Part shown: positions 26,801-37,299 of the stretch, piece after piece
Layout: every line of letters starts with the position of its first letter
Position numbering within the stretch: the stretch's first letter is position 1
UHGV virus genome: UHGV-1374897
Reading direction: 5' to 3' (one strand)
Length of the DNA stretch: 64,000 bases
Source of the DNA: a virus
Position numbers and translations under genes: made by a program
Notes under the pieces: model-generated
What the model was told of the DNA's origin: nothing
Database searches by the model: none
Seen by the model: only the letters and a program-made list of their open reading frames with translations

Positions 26801-29071
26801 ATGCCGAAACCAGACGCAAATGCTCCCGTAGGTCCGGGGGTTATTGGCGTGGTTGACGAGAACGGAACCCTTCTCAAGCGAAGGGTTCCGACCGCTGACC
26901 AAGCCCGCGCCTTGCTCTACTTCTGCCTCACCGCTGACCAGCTATCCATGCAAGCGAGGACAGAGGCACAGGCAGAGCTGGACGGACAACGCCCGTATGA
27001 CCCAATGGCCCTTTCCGCAGTTGGTCAGAATTATCGAACCAACTACAACTTCCGCACGATGCGGATTGTTCGTGAAAAGGTGGCGGCCAGCCTCCGTGAA
27101 GTGTGGGATAACCCCGAACTTGTTTCGGTGCAAACCACCTTTGGCGATAACGCCCGTCGCCCCATTTATTCAGACATCCTTTCCACCGAAGTAACGAAGA
27201 TGGTCAAGTCCATGCCGGGATTCACCTCCATCATGACAGACCTTCTTCACAACTTCTCATTCCACGGCTTCGGCCTTGCTTACTTTGAGGACCCTGACAC
27301 TTGGTACTTCAAGGCAGGTAGTCTGAACGAGTTTGCCTTCGAGCGAAAGGTTAAGCCGGACAGTAGCACCCTTGAGGTTGTGTTTGCTACTCGTACCCTT
27401 CGTGCCCATGAACTCTACGATTTCATTCGTGACCCGCAGACCGCAAGGGAAGCCGGCTGGGATGTGGAAGAGGTCATGAAGGTGTTGAAGACCTGTAGTT
27501 ACAATCAGACGGTACAGCCCCAGCGTATCTCTTGGGAGACCGAGAAGATGCTTAAAAACGGAGACTACACCCTGACCGACGTAATTGGAACCAGTATTCC
27601 GATTGCCCACATGTGGGTTCGCGAATTCAACGGTACGGTTACTCACTCCATCTTCTTCGTCAACGGAAGCGGCGGCAATGGTCAGGATGTGAAGCGTGAC
27701 CAGAACCGCGATGTAGATGACACCAAGTTCCTCTACACCAAGGAAGGAGCCTACAACTCTATGGAAGAAGCCTTCATTCTCTTCCCGCTGGGCAGTAGCA
27801 CCAATGGAGATATTCATGCCCTTCGCGGATATGGCAATGACCTTCTGCCTCACACTCGTGTCATTGACAAGTTGATGAACCAAGCGACGGACGCGGCGTT
27901 CCTCGGCATGGCGTTAAACGTCTCTGCCACCAATGAAACCTCCCGTCTCTCCGCAATGGTGAACCCGATGGGGGCCTATACCATTTTGGACCCATCAACG
28001 CAAGTGGTTCCTAATCCCGTACCGAATCTGCAACAAGTTGCTGGAACTCCCCTCGCATTCTTGCAGAACCAAATCCGGGAACGCTTGGGCGAGATTGACG
28101 TGAATGCTGATGGAGGCATGGGCCGCACCCAGCTGGAAGCTGAAATCCGTATGGGCAATGCGAGCAAGGTCAGCAATAACATCATGGATATGCTCTTGGA
28201 GCACATGACCATTCTTCTCCGTGAAATCGTTCGCCGTATCATCCGCAAGGACTACGATGAAGGGATTGGCGGGTTTAAGGAACGTGAACGCATGCTCCAA
28301 CGTCTGGACGAAGCAGGTGTGCCAAGGGATGCCTTCTTCGCTATCGACCTTGACAGCGTTACCGCTCTCCCGCCTATCGGTGCGGGCAGTAAGGTTCGCC
28401 GTACAATGGCTCTCCGTCAGTGTCTCAACTACATGCAGTTCATGCCACGAGCTGGGCAGGAACGTCTCATCCGCATGGCTATTGCCAACGAAACGAATGG
28501 ACGCACCGCGCAGTTGTTCATGCCGTTGAAGGATGACCCCAACCCGTCCGAAACCGTGGCCGCCTCTATCGCATCCATCCAGAACAACCAGCTCATGGCA
28601 GGTCAGGAAGTTCCGGTTATGCCAAACGAGGACCACAGGACACACGCGGAAGTGCATGCCAACTTCATCATGTCCATGCTACCGGACGCACAGCTGGAAC
28701 CCGAAGAGATGGCCCAGCTTGCCCAGCCGCTACAGCTTCTGGTCGCCCAGTTGGCAGGACACATGGACTATTTGCAGGCCGCCAAGGAAGTTGTCCCTGA
28801 ATTTGAACAGTACGAGAAACTGGTCAAGAGGTGCAACGAGGTTATTACCAACGGCATGCGGGCCTTGGAAGCGATGCAACAGAACGAAGAAGCGGCTCCC
28901 CAAGAAGGACCTACTCCTGAACAGATGAAAGCCGAAGCCGAAATTGAATTGAAGCGCATGAAGACGGAAGCTGAAATCCAGTTGGCTAAGGAAAAGCAGG
29001 ATGCCGAGATTACTCGTAACGCCGTAGAAGCCAACGCTAAAGCGGCTCAATCGCTGGGAGGTGCACGATGA
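26801..29071 (+). CDS. portal protein candidate (756 aa)
   Basis: Size and position (after terL, before scaffold and capsid); acidic coiled C-terminus. Confidence 0.45.
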   Translation: MPKPDANAPVGPGVIGVVDENGTLLKRRVPTADQARALLYFCLTADQLSMQARTEAQAELDGQRPYDPMALSAVGQNYRTNYNFRTMRIVREKVAASLREVWDNPELVSVQTTFGDNARRPIYSDILSTEVTKMVKSMPGFTSIMTDLLHNFSFHGFGLAYFEDPDTWYFKAGSLNEFAFERKVKPDSSTLEVVFATRTLRAHELYDFIRDPQTAREAGWDVEEVMKVLKTCSYNQTVQPQRISWETEKMLKNGDYTLTDVIGTSIPIAHMWVREFNGTVTHSIFFVNGSGGNGQDVKRDQNRDVDDTKFLYTKEGAYNSMEEAFILFPLGSSTNGDIHALRGYGNDLLPHTRVIDKLMNQATDAAFLGMALNVSATNETSRLSAMVNPMGAYTILDPSTQVVPNPVPNLQQVAGTPLAFLQNQIRERLGEIDVNADGGMGRTQLEAEIRMGNASKVSNNIMDMLLEHMTILLREIVRRIIRKDYDEGIGGFKERERMLQRLDEAGVPRDAFFAIDLDSVTALPPIGAGSKVRRTMALRQCLNYMQFMPRAGQERLIRMAIANETNGRTAQLFMPLKDDPNPSETVAASIASIQNNQLMAGQEVPVMPNEDHRTHAEVHANFIMSMLPDAQLEPEEMAQLAQPLQLLVAQLAGHMDYLQAAKEVVPEFEQYEKLVKRCNEVITNGMRALEAMQQNEEAAPQEGPTPEQMKAEAEIELKRMKTEAEIQLAKEKQDAEITRNAVEANAKAAQSLGGAR

Positions 29072-29385
29072 AACCAGTGCCCACCTACACTGTCGAAGGG
29101 TTCAAAAGCAACAAGGCGGCGACTGGTCGCCTTGCTGAACTCCTGCATGACCCGGTAATGGAAGAAGCTCTCTGCATTGTTCAGTCGAAACTCAATGCGA
29201 CATTACAGCCCACAATGGAAGCCGCCGCATTGAATGGAGCTTTCGCGGCAGGGGCCAAATCCGTCATCGCCGCTCTTTTCAATCTGGCCGAAGAGAATGA
29301 AGAAACCGAATCCCCGGTAACTATGATGAATCATCCCATGACCGAGCGTAACGCTTGGATTAACTCACTTTCACCCAACAAGTAA
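29068..29385 (+). CDS. hypothetical head-module protein (105 aa)
   Basis: ORF overlapping the portal stop. Confidence 0.45.
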   Translation: MKPVPTYTVEGFKSNKAATGRLAELLHDPVMEEALCIVQSKLNATLQPTMEAAALNGAFAAGAKSVIAALFNLAEENEETESPVTMMNHPMTERNAWINSLSPNK

Positions 29386-29392
29386 TACATAG

Positions 29393-30622
29393 ATGGACAA
29401 CGTAAATATTCCCGCAGTAGCGGAGGGCATCATAGGTGGTGCCATTCACAACGACGTACATAACATTTTTGAACAGACCCTGTTCGCCCCGGAACCCACG
29501 GATTCCACTCAACCCGTTAATCCCACCAGCCCCACGGCTCCTATTGAATCCCCGGACGGTACGGTAGTCATGCCAGATGCTGGGCCTCGCATCGCTGATG
29601 ATGAAGTAGTGAACCCCACGGGAACCGTCCTTGACGAGACACAGAACGACGAGACACAGAACGACGAGACACAGAACGACGAGGAACAGAACAACGAGGA
29701 TGAACAGAACAACGAGGATGAACAGAACAACGAGGATGAACAGAACAACGAGGAACAGAACAATGGTCCTAAGGAACAGAAAGCGAGCAAGGCCGCGAGC
29801 AAGGCATTCGCCGAGATGCGCGTCCAGTTGAGGGGCGCGAAGAAAGAAATCGCGGACTTGAAGGCCAAGCTGGAAGAAGCGGGTAAATCCTCTCCCAACA
29901 ATGAAGAGCTTGAATCTCTGCGAGAAATTGTACGCGGCTATGCCTTCACCGCAACCGAAGAATACAAGACCAATGTAACTGCCCCGTACAATAAGGCTAA
30001 CGCCAAGCTTGCGGAGATTGCCCGCGCGAGTGGAGCCTCCCTCGACATGGACAAGCTGAATGAAGTTGCCCTTAATCCCGACCTCGACGAGTACGACCGT
30101 GAAGAAGCCTACGAAGCAATCGGAAAAGAGTTGGGCATCAGCGATTCCGCCTTGTTCAAGTTTGTCCGTATGGCTAAGGTTCGTGACGCGGCCATCGTTG
30201 CTCACGGAAATTATCAGGCCGAAGCCGATAAATACGTTGAAGAGTTGAAGGCCAGCCGGGGCGGCAAGCCGGAGGCCGGGACCTACACCGTCAACCTCGA
30301 CAACTACACGTTGGAAGCGATGAAGGAACGCGCCAAGGAACTGGGCATGACCACGGAGATTACCGAAGAGAATGTGAAGCACGCACGCCATCTCGCCCAT
30401 AAAATAAATAATGGTTCCTTCATGGACGGCGCACTGGCCGAACTCATGGTTAAGGAACTGGCAGATGCTCGCGCGACAATCGAGGCTCTCAACGTGAAGG
30501 TGGCCAAACTCCGCAAGGCCCGCCCCTCCGCTAACGGTGGTAGCCCTGAAGCCCCAGAGACCCGGCCGCCCGCTGGGCCGACCGCAGTCGGGGACATTAT
30601 TGGTAGTGCCTTTGGATTATGA
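29393..30622 (+). CDS. scaffolding protein candidate with an internal tandem repeat (409 aa)
   Basis: Very acidic, coiled-coil, immediately upstream of the capsid gene; repeat tract ETQNDx3 + EDEQNNx3 (29630-29760). Confidence 0.45.
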   Translation: MDNVNIPAVAEGIIGGAIHNDVHNIFEQTLFAPEPTDSTQPVNPTSPTAPIESPDGTVVMPDAGPRIADDEVVNPTGTVLDETQNDETQNDETQNDEEQNNEDEQNNEDEQNNEDEQNNEEQNNGPKEQKASKAASKAFAEMRVQLRGAKKEIADLKAKLEEAGKSSPNNEELESLREIVRGYAFTATEEYKTNVTAPYNKANAKLAEIARASGASLDMDKLNEVALNPDLDEYDREEAYEAIGKELGISDSALFKFVRMAKVRDAAIVAHGNYQAEADKYVEELKASRGGKPEAGTYTVNLDNYTLEAMKERAKELGMTTEITEENVKHARHLAHKINNGSFMDGALAELMVKELADARATIEALNVKVAKLRKARPSANGGSPEAPETRPPAGPTAVGDIIGSAFGL

Positions 30623-30656
30623 TAAATAATCCTTGACATACTGGTAATTTTATGAC

Positions 30657-30692
30657 AAGAATGGGGCATCAAATGCGGTGTCCCATTCTTGC
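30657..30692 (+). terminator. stem-loop (10-bp stem CAAGAATGGG / CCCATTCTTG) after the scaffold gene; a partial terminator or attenuator
   Basis: Inverted repeat; a weak T-tract follows. Confidence 0.35.
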
Positions 30693-30834
30693 TTTCCCGC
30701 GAGCAAACCAAAACAAACCTTTATGCAGGTGTGAAAATTCTTGGTCCTGACCCTGCCATGACCGCGTAAGACCCCAAAACAAATTCTTCCAAAGAGTACT
30801 AGGCGTTGCAAATTAAACCAAATTTAATTTACAA

Positions 30835-32091
30835 ATGGCTACTACTCCTAACGAAATTCAGGCCCAAGAATTGAAGCTGGTCACGATGACCAACCTTCTT
30901 AACGCCAACATGTTCAGCACCTTTGCTCGTACTTCTCCGTGGAACTCCCAGATGATTATGACGGGAGAATGGACTGACGGTGTTGGTGATTCCGGGCGTA
31001 TCGCAACCTTCGGTGCTACGGACCCCCGTCCCGAATGGATGAACATTAACCTCGATTCCACCTCTGACCAGATTCCGATTACGGTAAATGATACGGGGGC
31101 TACGGAATACTCCTACAGCCGCTTCATCACGAGGCTTGCCTCCCAGAAACTGGACGTACTCCGCATGCGTCAGTCTTGGCAAGCTAAGCAACAGGCCGAG
31201 AATGTGGTGAAGCAGTTGGTCCGTGCCGTCGGTAATACTTGGTCTCGCTTCTACCGTGAGAGCTACATCAAAATCGCCAGCTACAAACTCATCCCCACGA
31301 AGGCGGGTGTTGTCGGTCTCGATGTCGTGAACAACGATATTAACTCCATGCCGGAAGTTAAGCCCGAAGCCGCGCTGAATGATGACCTGATGAACCAAGC
31401 TTGGCAGTTGCTCATCAATGAAGGTGCTGGCGAATCTGCCGCTCTGATGGACCAAGGTTCCCCTGTCTTCTTGGCTTACACGTCTAAGGACACCGTGGAC
31501 TTCATCCTGCGTCACAACGAAGTTATCCGCAAGGACTGGAACTTCGCAGAGGCCGCGGAAGGCAAGGATGCTACTCTCCTGCGTCAGCTGGGCGTGAAGT
31601 GGACGTACAAGGGCTTTACCTACATCGTGGACAACATGAACCCCCGCTACACCTTCGACGACAGCAAGCCGACTGGTCAGAAGTGGGTGGAAGTTCCCCA
31701 GTATATCAAGGTGGAAACGACTGTTGGTAACCGCTATGTGCCGAACCCCGCGTACATGAACGCCCCCTACGAAGATACGATTATCTTTGTGAAGGACGTG
31801 TACAAGTCCCTCGTTCCTCGTCCGGTGTCTGCCTACGGTCAGGCCAAGTGGGACCCTGTGACTTACGCTGGTGAGCTGACTTGGGTGAACAACAAGGACA
31901 ACGGCGGTAACTACATGGGTACGCAGGGCCTGTTCATCGCGACACTTTCTGCCGCTCCGATGCCTGTCTTCCCGCGTCACGGTGTAGTCATCCGACACAT
32001 TCGCACGACCGCTGGCCGCGAACTCGTCGGTGCTGACGGTAAGCCCGTTGGCTCTCTGGTAAGTACCCCTGCAGTAGTATCTGGCCTCTAA
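30835..32091 (+). CDS. major capsid protein candidate (418 aa)
   Basis: Position after the scaffold, size, and a strong terminator immediately downstream. Confidence 0.5.
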   Translation: MATTPNEIQAQELKLVTMTNLLNANMFSTFARTSPWNSQMIMTGEWTDGVGDSGRIATFGATDPRPEWMNINLDSTSDQIPITVNDTGATEYSYSRFITRLASQKLDVLRMRQSWQAKQQAENVVKQLVRAVGNTWSRFYRESYIKIASYKLIPTKAGVVGLDVVNNDINSMPEVKPEAALNDDLMNQAWQLLINEGAGESAALMDQGSPVFLAYTSKDTVDFILRHNEVIRKDWNFAEAAEGKDATLLRQLGVKWTYKGFTYIVDNMNPRYTFDDSKPTGQKWVEVPQYIKVETTVGNRYVPNPAYMNAPYEDTIIFVKDVYKSLVPRPVSAYGQAKWDPVTYAGELTWVNNKDNGGNYMGTQGLFIATLSAAPMPVFPRHGVVIRHIRTTAGRELVGADGKPVGSLVSTPAVVSGL

Positions 32092-32115
32092 GCCTAAACC
32101 TATAACCCTTAAACC

Positions 32116-32153
32116 GAGGCGGGCGGGATGAACCCGCTCGCCTCAATTTTTAT
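32116..32153 (+). terminator. rho-independent terminator after the capsid gene
   Basis: GAGGCGGGCGGG-atgaa-CCCGCTCGCCTC followed by aatttttat. Confidence 0.7.
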
Positions 32154-32157
32154 CTAC

Positions 32158-32430
32158 ATGAAGATTACGTATGACCCTGAAAAATTTGGAGACCTTAAAC
32201 CGGGGGATGATGTTCAGCTCATGGGAGTTGGCGTTGTTTCAGATGACGGCAAGTCTATTGAGATTGTTTCTATCGAGGACCAAGAAATAGGTGACGATGA
32301 TAGCGACGACGAGGACGAGACCGAAGGAGAAACCGAATCTCCCAAACAGGAAACCGAAACCGAAGAAGCCGAAGAACTGGCAGAAGGAGCCGACATTGGT
32401 TCTATTATCGCCTCTGGCTTTGGAGCATAA
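32158..32430 (+). CDS. highly acidic small protein (90 aa; DDDSDDEDETEGETE), possibly capsid-associated
   Basis: The track ORF begins at 32128 inside the terminator loop; the ATG at 32158 after the T-tract is the more plausible start. Confidence 0.45.
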   Translation: MKITYDPEKFGDLKPGDDVQLMGVGVVSDDGKSIEIVSIEDQEIGDDDSDDEDETEGETESPKQETETEEAEELAEGADIGSIIASGFGA

Positions 32431-32444
32431 CCTTTTTAACTAGT

Positions 32445-32954
32445 ATGGAAATCAACGTTCCCACTACAGAACCAGTTGTCCTCGAATCAGGAGTTGAGAA
32501 TACGCTCATTCCCAGCAAGGAAGGAGACTTTCTTATTACTATCACCAGTGATAGGGGAGTTCCTGTCGTCAAACTGACGGAGGACGAGAAGACCCTTGCC
32601 GAAGGTTCTTCCCTCGTAAACCGGGAGTTCAAAGCACATCTCAAAGCCGCCGGGAATTTAACTGTTACGGAATCTCTTTCGGGGACCGTATTAACCCTAG
32701 AAGTCCGTGCCGCAACACCTCTGGCGGTGCAAACAATTCCCGTAGCTATGGGAGTTAAGCACTTGGTGTCTATTCCCACTAATCAACCCGAAGTTCTTTA
32801 CTTCGGTATTGATGTTGAAAATAGTGTTCAAAGTGTATTAGTGAATGATGGAGATATTATTATCCCTGCGTCGGATACTGCGCACATTCCCGTGAATAGG
32901 GGAATAACTTTAACTCCCCTTATTCATCAAGCTAAAACAGTAGCAAACTCTTAA
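32445..32954 (+). CDS. virion structural protein candidate (169 aa)
   Basis: ORF in the structural operon. Confidence 0.4.
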   Translation: MEINVPTTEPVVLESGVENTLIPSKEGDFLITITSDRGVPVVKLTEDEKTLAEGSSLVNREFKAHLKAAGNLTVTESLSGTVLTLEVRAATPLAVQTIPVAMGVKHLVSIPTNQPEVLYFGIDVENSVQSVLVNDGDIIIPASDTAHIPVNRGITLTPLIHQAKTVANS

Positions 32955-32966
32955 CGAATAATAATT

Positions 32967-33938
32967 ATGGCAGTAGTAAATCTTCCCATTCCCGCAGAGA
33001 ATGCAACTATCGCTCGCGGGCAAATCTATCAGCTTACCGGACTGACCGAGGCTACTCGGTATAAGTTTATTGTCACGTCTACCAAGTGCCCGCATGTGGT
33101 CATCGCGAAAGACGAGGCGTTGGAGCAGTTGGAAGCCGAAGGGTATCTTTCTGGCCGTGCTTTCTACTTCGCGACGGAAGGTGGTCAGACTAACGCTTAC
33201 CTCCGCATCGATGCCCTTGAGGGCGCGGAGATTACCTTGACTATGAAGGCTGACCAAATTCCGGCTCCCGAAGAAGCAACTCTTCCCGCAGACTTATCAC
33301 CTGACAAGTGGTATAGTATCGGTGATTTAGTCGCAGATACGGGGTACGAATTGAAAGTAAGTGCGGAAGTCCCTGTAACCGTATTTGTCAAGACAGGAGA
33401 TACCATTGCAGACGCAATAGAAGAACCTCCGTTTGTAACTGCCGCAGGGACCACTCGTTTCACTTCCACCGGTACGAAAGCGTGGGTATACGTAGATGGA
33501 GCAGTAAAGGCTAACGTTGACATCGTAGCCGCACAGGGGGTTGAGGGTTTTACCGCTCCCCAGCTTACGACCATTTCGGACACCGTTTCCGACGTAGCTC
33601 TTGTAGGTCCTACCCCTGCCGGATATTACCGCGTGGACTTCGTGACAGAGGCCACCGCGCCTGAATTCCAATACGATGGCAACATCACTATCCAGAACCA
33701 GAACGTAGTCCTTACCGACGTAGTTGGGGAAGCAGGGGCGCAAGGTCTTCTTCCTCTCACGGCCTCACAGGGTATTGTGACTGGTAAGAACCTTCGAGGA
33801 ACTCTTATCTTTTCACAGGGAACCGCTCTTGGTGCGGGACAGCGAGCCGCCGTTGCCTCGTTCCAGATTCCTACGGGCGGTGATGCCAGGACCTTTAAAG
33901 GGACTGCGGTGATTACCTTCGTTGGAAATATCGCATAA
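32967..33938 (+). CDS. virion structural protein candidate (323 aa), Thr/Val-rich and predicted beta-rich
   Basis: ORF in the structural operon. Confidence 0.4.
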   Translation: MAVVNLPIPAENATIARGQIYQLTGLTEATRYKFIVTSTKCPHVVIAKDEALEQLEAEGYLSGRAFYFATEGGQTNAYLRIDALEGAEITLTMKADQIPAPEEATLPADLSPDKWYSIGDLVADTGYELKVSAEVPVTVFVKTGDTIADAIEEPPFVTAAGTTRFTSTGTKAWVYVDGAVKANVDIVAAQGVEGFTAPQLTTISDTVSDVALVGPTPAGYYRVDFVTEATAPEFQYDGNITIQNQNVVLTDVVGEAGAQGLLPLTASQGIVTGKNLRGTLIFSQGTALGAGQRAAVASFQIPTGGDARTFKGTAVITFVGNIA

Positions 33939-33952
33939 CCAATAATTAAACC

Positions 33953-33998
33953 TTGACGGGGCTGAACTCATGAGCTAAACTTCTATGGGTTCAGCCCC
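33953..33998 (+). promoter_or_regulatory. sigma70-like promoter TTGACG-N17-TAAACT embedded in a hairpin (arms GGGGCTGAAC / GTTCAGCCCC); the -10 lies in the loop, and a T-run follows
   Basis: Consensus hexamers and a perfect 10-bp IR. Confidence 0.45.
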
Positions 33999-34012
33999 AA
34001 ATTTTTACTATC

Positions 34013-36169
34013 ATGGCACGTAAACGTTCTTCTAAAATCAATATTGAAAACTACGTCAACGGTTCTCCTATTACGCCGGGCGTAACCTATAAGCTGGGCG
34101 ATGCCGACACGCACACCGCGTGGCTTCTTGCTTCCAGTTCTCCCTGTCTCTTCAAGCTTTCCGCTACCGCTCCTACTGACGAATTGTGGTCCAACATTAC
34201 GCCGGAACAGTTCATCATCAATGGTTCGGTCGCGGGACAGGTGATTGAGATTGCATCTCCCAACGGTAAGTACTTCGTCGTCCCCACTAACGCACAGGAC
34301 AAGAACGCCTCCGTCGAAAGTGCACACGCGACGATTGCACTTCACCCGCTGGGGTTCGACTACAACCAAGAGTATCAGGCCCTCCCGCTGGACGGTGATG
34401 GTCCTGTCTCCGAAGGTTTCTACAAAATCTCCAACCTCGAAAGCGGTAAGCTCTATTCTATCAATGTGCATCCTGACTTGGGCGGCTTGATGGAAACGAA
34501 GCCTAATCCGGAATTCAGCTATGCGCTCTTTAGTGTAGGAGCCGACAACAATCCTAAGGCCTTCCTCGCTGGCGGCAAGACTACTGCCCAGCTGGTCTTT
34601 GTGGCAACTGAAACTTCCGCAATTCTTTCTATCGGCAGTACGATTGAAGAAGCGGACTACTTTGTCTCCATCAGAAATTTTAGTTTAGGCTCCGGTGAGG
34701 GTGCGGGGTTTGACCCCTCCCTAGACCAGAATATCACCGGGGCATGGAATTTCACCAACACGGCGGGATTGGTTCTCGGAAACGAAGTTCCTTTAGTTCT
34801 CGGACAAGGGGATGACGCGGTGAAAATCCGCGGAAATGGTAACGGAGCCGCAGTCATTGAGGGGACGAACGCTTCCCACATGGACGTTGCGATTCCTGTC
34901 AAGTTCCAAAACCCCACCACTTTTGATGACGGCATTAGCTTCGTTGCCACCACTGGCGAGAAGATGAAGTGCATCCTCTTCGGCAAGGAGAGCGGTCCTA
35001 CGCGAGCCATACTTTACGAAGAATCCAATGGGTACCTCTCCGTAACTGACCCCAACAGCATCAATGATAGGTCTATGACCTTTGATGGGGCAGGGAACCT
35101 GTGGTTTCACAAACAGGAAAACCACCACGGTCCCGCTTTTTTCTATACCGAGGTCAGACTGGAGGGCTTTACTAACGTGACCGGGACTTTTACATTCAGC
35201 AAAACCCCCAATGCCAACGCCGGGATTAACATCCCTCTGACCGTGGGTGCACCGACGGATACGGCGGCGGTTAATCGCTTTTATGCGTTGGGATTGGCCG
35301 GTGCTATGTCGGCGTTGGTTCAGCCTATATACCTTAATTCCAGTTCAATCACAGTCACGGGTTCCATTTCTAAAGCTTCCAACGGTACTCTTGCCGGGTT
35401 GACGCAGCGTTTTTCGGTGGGCGCGGCTTCTGCCGGGTCCAATGCGTACGGGTCAGCGGTTATTCCCCTGATAGGACCTAACGGTCAATTTAATTACAGT
35501 TCCGTGTGCGGATTTTCCCTTGCGGTCAACGCGACAGCCTTCGCTAAATTTACTTTTGGCATAGGCCGCGGCTCAAAAACCAACAGAACCGGGTTGACGA
35601 TGGATTCTTATTCTATGATTCCGGGGAACGAGCTGGCCGTCAACCATGGGGAAATCATCGATGTTACCATCAATACGCCTTACGATACTGTCCGCAAGGG
35701 GTATGAAATCAGAGTAAGGGAAATCTTTTATGTATCGTCCGTTGGACACTGGCAGGTGAAGACGACAACCGTATTTCTTCCGGTAGGCCATAATGAGCTG
35801 ATGCCAAACGGGCTGAACAGGCTTATTTACATGCAGAGCGGGCTGCCGAGTACAGCAGTGCGGGAGGAAAAGGCGGCTCTTTATATGGAGCTGGGAGGCG
35901 GCAGTACCAATACCCTGTTCAAGATAGCTTCTCTCCGCGGCTTCATCGCTTTCGAGGCAGGAACAGGCGTAAGCACCCTGATTATCGACGCGCGCAATGA
36001 GAAAACATATGCCCTTTCAGCCGACGCGGGCACAGGCACCAGGCACCTTTATTCCAATGGATTGACCAATCCAACCTATCACGCATTGGAAGCAATGGCC
36101 GTCAATGCCATTGAAACCGAAGAAACGGCGGATTTTGAAGATATTAACATCCCCCTTGAACAGGCATGA
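34013..36169 (+). CDS. tail fibre or tail structural protein candidate (718 aa)
   Basis: Large Gly/Ser/Thr/Asn-rich beta-rich protein after the head genes. Confidence 0.4.
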   Translation: MARKRSSKINIENYVNGSPITPGVTYKLGDADTHTAWLLASSSPCLFKLSATAPTDELWSNITPEQFIINGSVAGQVIEIASPNGKYFVVPTNAQDKNASVESAHATIALHPLGFDYNQEYQALPLDGDGPVSEGFYKISNLESGKLYSINVHPDLGGLMETKPNPEFSYALFSVGADNNPKAFLAGGKTTAQLVFVATETSAILSIGSTIEEADYFVSIRNFSLGSGEGAGFDPSLDQNITGAWNFTNTAGLVLGNEVPLVLGQGDDAVKIRGNGNGAAVIEGTNASHMDVAIPVKFQNPTTFDDGISFVATTGEKMKCILFGKESGPTRAILYEESNGYLSVTDPNSINDRSMTFDGAGNLWFHKQENHHGPAFFYTEVRLEGFTNVTGTFTFSKTPNANAGINIPLTVGAPTDTAAVNRFYALGLAGAMSALVQPIYLNSSSITVTGSISKASNGTLAGLTQRFSVGAASAGSNAYGSAVIPLIGPNGQFNYSSVCGFSLAVNATAFAKFTFGIGRGSKTNRTGLTMDSYSMIPGNELAVNHGEIIDVTINTPYDTVRKGYEIRVREIFYVSSVGHWQVKTTTVFLPVGHNELMPNGLNRLIYMQSGLPSTAVREEKAALYMELGGGSTNTLFKIASLRGFIAFEAGTGVSTLIIDARNEKTYALSADAGTGTRHLYSNGLTNPTYHALEAMAVNAIETEETADFEDINIPLEQA

Positions 36170-36558
36170 ACAACGCAGAAATACAAATTCAATTCCCACA
36201 GCCCGGCGACTGGACAAAGCTCATTATGAGCGTAATCTACGCGGACGCACTGGGCTTTACGCACCTTGACCAGTACAATGAGACCACAGTTCCGGAGGAG
36301 CAGATACCTGCAATAGCCAAGGCTATCGAGGCCATTGCCGCTCTTGACGAACAGTGGCAAGCGTGCCAAGTTTGGGCACGATTGGGAGATATTCCATCCC
36401 CTTCCAGCCCGACGGACAGGGTGCCCGCAGTCCTTCTGACTGTCGAGGCTACCGGGGATTCCGGGGGTACAAAAATATTTACCCCTGACCAATATCCCCA
36501 GTTCGTACTCACTGATAGTGGTACACTATCCTTCTTTAACTTCTTCACAAAAGGATGA
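36166..36558 (+). CDS. hypothetical protein (130 aa)
   Basis: ORF overlapping the previous stop. Confidence 0.45.
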   Translation: MNNAEIQIQFPQPGDWTKLIMSVIYADALGFTHLDQYNETTVPEEQIPAIAKAIEAIAALDEQWQACQVWARLGDIPSPSSPTDRVPAVLLTVEATGDSGGTKIFTPDQYPQFVLTDSGTLSFFNFFTKG

Positions 36559-36618
36559 TAATCATGAGCTTACTCGAACTTCTTGACTTACTTGGCTGGA
36601 AGCGCAAGTAGCACATCG

Positions 36619-36650
36619 CCCCGGAGGCTAACCCCTCCGGGGATTTTTAT
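36619..36650 (+). terminator. rho-independent terminator
   Basis: CCCCGGAGG-ctaacc-CCTCCGGGG followed by atttttat. Confidence 0.75.
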
Positions 36651-36663
36651 TGAAATAATTTCT

Positions 36664-36691
36664 TGACAAATAATAAAATTATTATATGGTG
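36664..36691 (+). promoter_or_regulatory. sigma70-like promoter TTGACA-N16-TATGGT; the ATG at 36697 is 5 nt downstream (leaderless)
   Basis: Consensus -35 and a TAnnnT -10. Confidence 0.45.
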
Positions 36692-36696
36692 GTGCC

Positions 36697-37281
36697 ATGT
36701 CCAAGACATCAAACACCAAACAGATAACCAAGATTATTATTGACGAGGCCAATGGCTTGACACACGTTTATATGTCAGACCTTAGCCCGAAAATAGTTAA
36801 AGCCAATACCACGGCCCCAACGAACATTCCTACCAAGAGCGAATTCTCTTTTCGCGATGAATCCGAAGAATCGCAAGCAGTAGTTGAGAAGGCCTTTGAT
36901 GAGGCATTCCCAGAGGAAGAACAACCTTCCCTGTTCTGTCCTATCTGCGGGGGTCTGCTGGAAGAAAGACGGAAGGGTAACTACGAGTTCATTCAATGTG
37001 TGAGTTGCTCACTGGCCGTGCAAGGATGTGATAACGATGACCCGGAGACAGCGTATGAAGAGGCATGGAATAATGCTCGATTCTTCATTGACCATTGTCC
37101 TCCGGTTCTGCGTCTTCAACCCGGTGCCGAAATCCAGTACTTCGACGGTATGTTCCGTCGGCATACCGGAATCGTTGCAGGAAGAACCCGCGTCTCCATG
37201 CACATCCTGTTGGAAGACGGACGAAGCATTGAACCCGGCAGGATAGTTGAATGGCCGAGGGGAATGGAGCAAGCCGAGTAA
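36697..37281 (+). CDS. zinc-ribbon protein (194 aa)
   Basis: CPICGG...(17 aa)...CVSCS. Confidence 0.5.
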   Translation: MSKTSNTKQITKIIIDEANGLTHVYMSDLSPKIVKANTTAPTNIPTKSEFSFRDESEESQAVVEKAFDEAFPEEEQPSLFCPICGGLLEERRKGNYEFIQCVSCSLAVQGCDNDDPETAYEEAWNNARFFIDHCPPVLRLQPGAEIQYFDGMFRRHTGIVAGRTRVSMHILLEDGRSIEPGRIVEWPRGMEQAE

Positions 37282-37299
37282 CCATGAAGGAGAACAATC

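Noticed and set aside
30633-30660. TTGACA at 30633 as a promoter for the capsid gene
   Set aside because: No acceptable -10 at 16-18 bp spacing. The sequence overlaps the post-scaffold stem-loop, and the capsid gene is more likely read through from upstream
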